NCBI GenBank assembly: GCA_044369655.1
Contig: JBILWX010000006.1
Coordinates: 2,102 to 66,101 of the forward strand
Length of the DNA: 64,000 bases
Origin: Pirellulales bacterium
GTDB lineage: Bacteria; Planctomycetota; Planctomycetia; Pirellulales; UBA1268
Reading direction: 5' to 3'
Position numbers and translations under genes: made by a program. The stretch's first letter is position 1. Each line of letters opens with the position of its first letter. The notes beneath the pieces were generated by a model. The model searched no databases and was not told the origin of the DNA. It saw only the letters and a list, made by a program, of their open reading frames with translations. Shown piece by piece: positions 61,502 to 64,000 of this stretch.

Positions 61502-63172
61502 TTAGGGCGCGGGTGTGCCGGTGGCCGCCCGCGGTATCCGGGGTGCCCCGACGTCCAGTGTCAGCACGTCATCATATTCACGGCGTTCCCAGGTCACGAT
61601 CGTCCCCGGAGTCTCGGCATCGAGGACCGGAAACACGGAGACGGGCGTGATCGTCACCTCGAATCCGGCCGTCGGCCCGGCGACCGCCTCGCCGCTGCTG
61701 TCGGCGGCCTGCTTGCGTCTGACGTCGACCTCGATGTGGCCGTAATGCTTGCCTCCCGTGTCCAGCACGTTGCCCTTCCAGTGCTCGGGGGCATGGTCGT
61801 GGGCGATGAAGATCTGCCGCTCGTTGATCACGCCCTCCAGCGGACCCCGCAGGCCGTCGCCACCGATGCCACTGGAGAAGAAATGCACACCCTCCACGAT
61901 CGAGTGCTCGTACATCTCGTCATGTCCCGTGAACACGGCCCGCACGCCGTGCTTGCGGAACAGCGGCGTCAGGCTCCGGAGCGGTTGACCCGAGTGTTCG
62001 TCCTTGCCCTGTCCCTTGCCCGGCGCCCGGCCGTGCGGGCCTGACGAGAACGGGGAGTGGTGGAACTGCACGAAGGTGACGACGCCGCGTTCCTGCGCGT
62101 CGGCGAGTTCCTGTTCCAGCCAGGCGTGCTGCTCCGAGCCGGCTGCGTAGTCGGGGATGTGGGCCGCGGTGCCGCGGTCAAGGAGCTGGTTGGTGTCGCT
62201 GTCGGTGCCGTCGCTGCCGCCGTTGGTCGAATCGAGCGTGAGGAGTGTGACCGGGCCGAAATCGACGCGGTGATAGCGGCCGATGTGCCGCTTGTCGGCC
62301 GCGCCGTTGTCCGGGTGTTCGAAGTAGGTGAGGAATTTCCGTGATGCCAGCAGGGATGCCGGCCCGGAATAGCCGCCGAGATCATCGAGCAAATCGGTGG
62401 AGGGCGGGCCGCCGTACACCTCGTGGTCGCCCAGTGCCGCCACGATCGGCACCCGAGAGGCGAGGCTGCCGAACACACCGGCGTTGTGCCGCCAGAACTC
62501 GTCCCAGTCCCGCTGTTCGCCGCCGCTTTCCACAAGGTCGCCCACCACGCTCGCCAGCACCGGGTTGCCTGCGCGAAGGCTCTCCGCCGCCCTGCTCGCG
62601 ATCAACGCGAGGTTCATCCGGTAGCCGGTCGTCTCGTCGGCGAGGTATTGGTCGCGCACCCAGCGGGGCCGCGGTCCTCCGGGCAGCGACGTCGACGGCG
62701 TCCAGTCCTGCCGACTGTCCCGCGACTCGGGCTGGGTTTTGCTGTCGGCATAGAAGAAGAGCCGCACGCCGCCCCCCTTGCCGACCTCGCCCGGCCGTGG
62801 TGCCGTGGTGAGGATCGCCTTGATCGTCTCGCCGTCCTGTTCGACGCTGTAGGGATAGCTCGTCGCCGGCGCCAGGCCGGTGACGCGGACCGAATGCAGA
62901 TGGGGCGGCTTGGGATACCGCAGGTCGGTCTGCTCGGCTCCCTGGTAGTCGAGTTCCGGGCAGAGCACGGGCTCCGACGGGATGGTTCTGCCGTCGATCG
63001 TCACCGTGCCTGGATCGGCAGACTGCGAACACCAGCGGATCGTCATCGCCTCGGCGGCGGGGTTCTGCAAATAGGGCCGAACGCGAAACGCCGTCGGTCC
63101 GGCCGGCTCCGCCGCATGTGCCAGCACCGGCGCACACGCGAGGATGATCAGCAGACAGAGTCGGTCGGCCAT
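61502..63172 (-). CDS. Metallophosphoesterase, purple-acid-phosphatase-like
   Basis: It has a signal peptide, the N-terminal PAP-like RVRPYLQNP, and the motifs VGDLVESG, ALGDHEV, FHHSPFSS and FTGHDEMYEH. Confidence 0.8.
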   Translation of the reverse strand: MADRLCLLIILACAPVLAHAAEPAGPTAFRVRPYLQNPAAEAMTIRWCSQSADPGTVTIDGRTIPSEPVLCPELDYQGAEQTDLRYPKPPHLHSVRVTGLAPATSYPYSVEQDGETIKAILTTAPRPGEVGKGGGVRLFFYADSKTQPESRDSRQDWTPSTSLPGGPRPRWVRDQYLADETTGYRMNLALIASRAAESLRAGNPVLASVVGDLVESGGEQRDWDEFWRHNAGVFGSLASRVPIVAALGDHEVYGGPPSTDLLDDLGGYSGPASLLASRKFLTYFEHPDNGAADKRHIGRYHRVDFGPVTLLTLDSTNGGSDGTDSDTNQLLDRGTAAHIPDYAAGSEQHAWLEQELADAQERGVVTFVQFHHSPFSSGPHGRAPGKGQGKDEHSGQPLRSLTPLFRKHGVRAVFTGHDEMYEHSIVEGVHFFSSGIGGDGLRGPLEGVINERQIFIAHDHAPEHWKGNVLDTGGKHYGHIEVDVRRKQAADSSGEAVAGPTAGFEVTITPVSVFPVLDAETPGTIVTWERREYDDVLTLDVGAPRIPRAATGTPAP

Positions 63173-63199
63173 GGCATGCTTCCGAAATCGCGATTGGCG

Positions 63200-64000
63200 T
63201 CAGTTCGCGGCCCGTGGGGCTGCGGCTTTCGCCGACCCAGCGACGATGGGCCGCGCTCCCTCCCGGATCGCGAACAGGTGGCTCTTGTTGGCGATGTAGA
63301 GCGTGTCGCCCGCTACGATCGGCGTGGAATAAACGCTGTTGCCCATGTTGATTTCACCCACGAGCTCCATCTCTTTCGACAGTTTGAAGATCGAGATGTC
63401 TCCGTCTTCGTCGCCGATGTAGACCTTGCCGTCGGCGATCAGCGGGGATCCCCAGCTGGCGGCGAGCATGTCGTGGGTCCAATGGGGCTTGCCCGTCTTC
63501 AGGTCGAGACAGTGAAACAGGCCGCTGAAGTCGGCGACGAAGAGCAGCCCGTCGTGGATGGCCACCGTGCCGCAGGTGCGATGCATCGTCTCCTCGAAGT
63601 CGAGTTTGCCGTTGCCGTCGCCGTCGAAGCCGGGATAGTGCCAGACGGCCGCCGAGTTGGGATTCGGCCGGGCCACCTCGCCCTGCTCCTTGATGACAGC
63701 CTGATTGCGGCGGTGGGGCAGGGGGGTGTCGGGAGCCTTGAGGCTCACGGCCAGTTCGGGGCTCGTGTCCCCGCGCTTCGTGGGATCGATGCACCAGAGG
63801 TGTCCGACGCCCTCACCGTGCTCGGGATCCTCGCCGACGGCGATGTAGACCAGCCCCTCGTGGATGACAGGCGTGCCGATGATGTGGTTGCGGTCGGCGC
63901 GGCCGCCGAGCGTGTATTTCGATTCCTTCGGGTTGCAGTCGAACTTCCAAAGGAGTTTGGCCTTGCCGTTCTCCCCCCGTGCGTCGAACGCATAGAGCCA
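63200..64000 (-). CDS. PQQ-like beta-propeller repeat protein (C-terminal part; 5' end outside the window)
   Basis: The reading frame is open from the window edge (WLYAFDARGENGKAKLLWKFDC...GTPVIHEGLVYIAVG...GSPLIADGKVYIGDEDGDISIF..STPIVAGDTLYIAN). The track lists only the GTG-initiated part, 63200-63748. Confidence 0.7.
   Translation of the reverse strand, partial: WLYAFDARGENGKAKLLWKFDCNPKESKYTLGGRADRNHIIGTPVIHEGLVYIAVGEDPEHGEGVGHLWCIDPTKRGDTSPELAVSLKAPDTPLPHRRNQAVIKEQGEVARPNPNSAAVWHYPGFDGDGNGKLDFEETMHRTCGTVAIHDGLLFVADFSGLFHCLDLKTGKPHWTHDMLAASWGSPLIADGKVYIGDEDGDISIFKLSKEMELVGEINMGNSVYSTPIVAGDTLYIANKSHLFAIREGARPIVAGSAKAAAPRAAN

Noticed and set aside
1-64000. A search by eye for tRNA, rRNA, tmRNA, transposase, integrase or phage genes.
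   Set aside because: None were recognised. All spacers longer than 100 nt were read (9100-9240, 11093-11274, 24630-24777, 32608-32782, 45281-46118, 53071-53319, 55475-55785). Only the riboswitch, promoters, terminators and repeats listed above were supported.

Overview
This is a high-GC bacterial chromosome segment. Several features suggest Planctomycetota (Pirellulales-like), by inference only: a DUF1559 protein with a type IV prepilin methylation motif, a DUF1080 domain, a PQQ-type propeller, and REP-like GGAGTCCC..CGGGCTT repeats. I saw no rRNA, tRNA, CRISPR array, transposase or integrase. Many gene starts are supported by 4-nt ATGA stop/start overlaps, at 1885, 11669, 13378, 14502, 15893, 21492, 22652, 23701, 40351, 42186, 47973 and 51826. 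Layout: (i) 1-35.2 kb is a large, compositionally mosaic glycan-biosynthesis island. A minus-strand operon carries 3 GT2 genes, a GT4, a GT/methyltransferase/dioxygenase fusion, a Gmd-like dehydratase, a C-methyltransferase and an MsbA-like ABC exporter. A HEPN-MNT toxin-antitoxin cassette sits in the divergent promoter region. The plus strand carries rfbF-rfbG-rfbH (the CDP-3,6-dideoxyhexose route) and a polytopic membrane protein. It is followed by a tightly coupled tailoring operon: radical SAM, unknown protein, methyltransferase, Gmm-like Nudix, C-methyltransferase-like, SDR, polyprenyl-phosphate GT2, and a B12-radical SAM gene broken by one in-frame TAG. A minus-strand trio encodes a NeuB-like-SAF-cupin protein, a YerE-like ThDP enzyme and a HAD phosphatase. 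Two further GT-C-like membrane proteins flank a coiled-coil/PD-(D/E)xK-like gene. (ii) 35-44.4 kb holds an OPT transporter, an MBL hydrolase, and an operon of two paralogous dynamin-like GTPases coupled to a polar amino-acid ABC importer. (iii) 44.5-50 kb holds a secreted Cys-rich repeat protein. It also holds a cobalamin riboswitch with a near-consensus promoter in front of a DUF1559 pseudopilin-like gene and a small TM protein, convergent with cobT-cobS-cobC. (iv) 50-64 kb is mostly housekeeping and typical planctomycete genes: methyltransferase, ABM, TrpG/PabA, MoeA, ThyX, ferredoxin, P-II, CAP-domain protein, SGNH-DUF1080 fusion, purple-acid-phosphatase-like protein and a PQQ propeller. 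The most interesting signal is the B12 riboswitch controlling a DUF1559 gene pair. All calls come from reading the sequence and translations. No database search or computation was run.
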